DNA of 64,000 nucleotides from Yuukianura sp. NJ FZ-2021 (taxonomy: Eukaryota): contig CM102287.1 in assembly GCA_046563655.1 (NCBI GenBank), positions 7,130,001-7,194,000 of the forward strand, read 5' to 3'. Position numbers and translations under genes: made by a program. This document shows positions 62,167-64,000 of this stretch, piece after piece; positions within the stretch are counted from its first letter, which is position 1, and every line of letters begins with the position of its first letter. The notes beneath the pieces were generated by a model. It made no database searches and was not told the origin of the DNA. It worked only from the letters and a program-made list of their open reading frames with translations.

Positions 62167-62653
62167 CCTTGTCGAGCAACAGGAGAGTGGTAAACAGGAT
62201 TGTGAAAGAGGAAAATATTACCAATTTTACAGAATTATTCAGGTATTCGTAGCGCAAATGAGCGATCAGTACAGAATTTGGAATCTCGTTGCATACTATG
62301 GAGTCATCATTGCAACAATTTCATTTTCATATGCAATTATGAAAATGAATTGGGAGGATAATCCAATCATACCGTTGCTATTCATTGCTGCTGACTTTAC
62401 CATGCTAATCATGGGGATTGTCATATGTCAAATACAAGTAGACATTGGAGCATATTCTGAACGCTGTTACTCACTCAAAAATTGGCGGAATTTACCAGTT
62501 ACAAAGCAAGACAGTTACTTTAGAAGCTCCGGTCGTCCGATATATTTTCCTGTCGGTGACCAATTCACTGTGTCGAGCAGTGACTTTTGTCTGCACACTT
62601 TCTGCGACGTCGTCTTTCGAACTACCGTTGACCTCTTACTTACCTTCCCTTAA
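61241..62653 (+). CDS. Divergent 7TM chemoreceptor (GR/OR superfamily-like), nested in a GPCR intron; probable 96-nt intron at 61755-61850
   Basis: Multi-TM ORF. C-terminal YFRSSGRPIYFPVGDQF...TTVDLLLTFP resembles the 19611 and 17699 genes. The intron is inferred from the GTAAG...TTTATAG segment shared with the pseudogene copy. Confidence 0.75.
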   Translation: MMSNLQKIRSALGSNNSSNENSELALEHFGIGETNVISVKPQMQKICSGENRQLLHYFEYWKYLQVGRYFKICLFELVRDKSKWGMAVSSVEKHPIVALIWAWLQRLPCYGIVVIISLQTFAHRSEMVKLTIDVAAYVIIVNGMYSDIMWNANRNRAAGFVNQFFKIDEIARKNFMKKNFRSGFFFSEISEIMNPFCNLALFIGKLFGHLPYWKSNEEILHFYMRAFRIMFTSLLIQLPIGFVLTVATNFFFVQYTRDLFSFLVQNESLGAILAMALWTIGAHILVYWAIFSLLTTMLITTTILQWLKVLVEQQESGKQDCERGKYYQFYRIIQVFVAQMSDQYRIWNLVAYYGVIIATISFSYAIMKMNWEDNPIIPLLFIAADFTMLIMGIVICQIQVDIGAYSERCYSLKNWRNLPVTKQDSYFRSSGRPIYFPVGDQFTVSSSDFCLHTFCDVVFRTTVDLLLTFP

Positions 62654-64000
62654 ACTTGAGCAGAAGTACAGTGTGGTTAACAAAAAAGTAGACAACAACA
62701 AACTCAAAAGTTTGTAGTAGATAAGTTTTTAGCCTCAATCTCCTCCAAAAATTGCTAATTTTGAAGAAAAAAAAAAGAAAACGTTTTTGAGGTGTCTACT
62801 TTTCGTGAACAACACTATATACAGTTGTTCAAGGAAAAATAGATTTAACAACGTGACGTAGGAAAAAAAAGAATAGATGGAAAGTAGGAAAAATAAACTC
62901 AAAATTTTGTCGATTTCAAAAAATTGTTGGGGGTGGGTGACGTAGATCAAAATTCAACGAAAAGGATTTGTGCAATGGAAAAACAAATTTTGCTCGTGTT
63001 TTTTCGGTCTCAATTCAAATTCCTCCACAATTGGCCAATTTGAAAAAAAATACTTAATTAATTATGCAAAGACAATAATGTGTTATATATTACTGAGTTT
63101 TATTTGAAACATATCAATTGCAAACATAATTTAAATTATTGTCATCTCATCTCCCTTAACTTGCGTCAAAACAAAAATGTTAAAAATGACCAGGTTCACG
63201 TATAGCAAGTGTAGGATGTGAACACACAAAAATTAAAAGTAAAATATAAATTTTAACACATACTTATTTTCCCTGTCCTTTTTTGTTGTGCTGTTTAAAT
63301 TATAAAAATTCATCTATGGAATAAGTTATAAAGACTTCATGGAAAGTATTGAGAGAGAAAGTTATAATAAATAATAAGTTCTAATCAATAAATACAAGTT
63401 GATAGTGTAAACTCGACTTTCTACAAAAAAAAAACATTACTCCTCTAATTCCAAACCTGTTGTTGCATCAGGCCGAAGTAAACGTAAAGAAGAATTATGA
63501 AATTAGCATTTGGCCCATTCTACTCACAATGAGCAGTATTGGAACAAAAATGCATTGTGAAAAGCGGAAATAGCTGAACAATAGTGACTTTCATGTTTAT
63601 AGACTGTGTCATTTCTAAAACTTTATTTTTTTCAAAGCGCTGGAGTTTGGAAGCTTCTTTTAACATGCAATAACACTTTGTCCAGAAACCTCTATGCCTA
63701 ACCATTAGTTTGACTACTTTCTACATATCTTAACATGAGTTAAAACGTGCTGTTTGGAAGCTGTTTTGAACCATCCTATGCATTAAGTGTAATGCTGCTC
63801 TAAAACTCGTCGCCAAAAACCACCATTCTAAATTGACATCAGAAGAAAGGGAAAGCATTTCACTTTCTTTTGTGCTCTTACCACTCTTTTCAGGCAGCCA
63901 AGCATAAGAACATAACCTAACAACAGTTCTAAGAGGAAGTTAGGTTTAAATTGGATTTCCATTCTGAGTTTGAGCCTTTGAAGCCACGGGTGGAGTCGTT

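Overview
AT-rich, intron-dense eukaryotic DNA from an arthropod. The short GT-AG introns, AA15 LPMO, intronless divergent ionotropic receptor and expanded divergent chemoreceptors suggest a springtail (Collembola)-like hexapod; this is inference. By manual splicing I recover, left to right: polyprenol reductase (-), a GT31 beta-1,3-galactosyltransferase with an extra N-terminal domain (+), an AA15 LPMO (+), a large vitellogenin (+), three gustatory/odorant-receptor-like genes plus a broken paralog, a DUF4789 protein (-), a kraken/SERHL-type hydrolase (+), an intronless IR (-), a SPEC3/stum-family protein (-), aldose 1-epimerase (-), a CYP2-clan P450 (+), an uncharacterised DxD protein (-), and the 5' half of a DH44/CRF-type class B GPCR (+) that runs off the window. 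The GPCR introns hold a candidate nested or alternative transcription unit, a Mutator-like MITE and a duplicated chemoreceptor pair. The most interesting observations are: (1) an internal TATA/Inr promoter with phase-compatible exons inside the GPCR; (2) a vitellogenin whose usual C-terminus is replaced by a duplicated Cys-bracketed helical domain and a Q/Y/P tail; (3) a DUF229-C-terminal-like domain fused to GT31; (4) a compact multi-hairpin/pseudoknot intergenic element; (5) two distant palindromes sharing a 17-nt core with co-varying arms. All family calls come from motif recognition by eye; no database searches were run.
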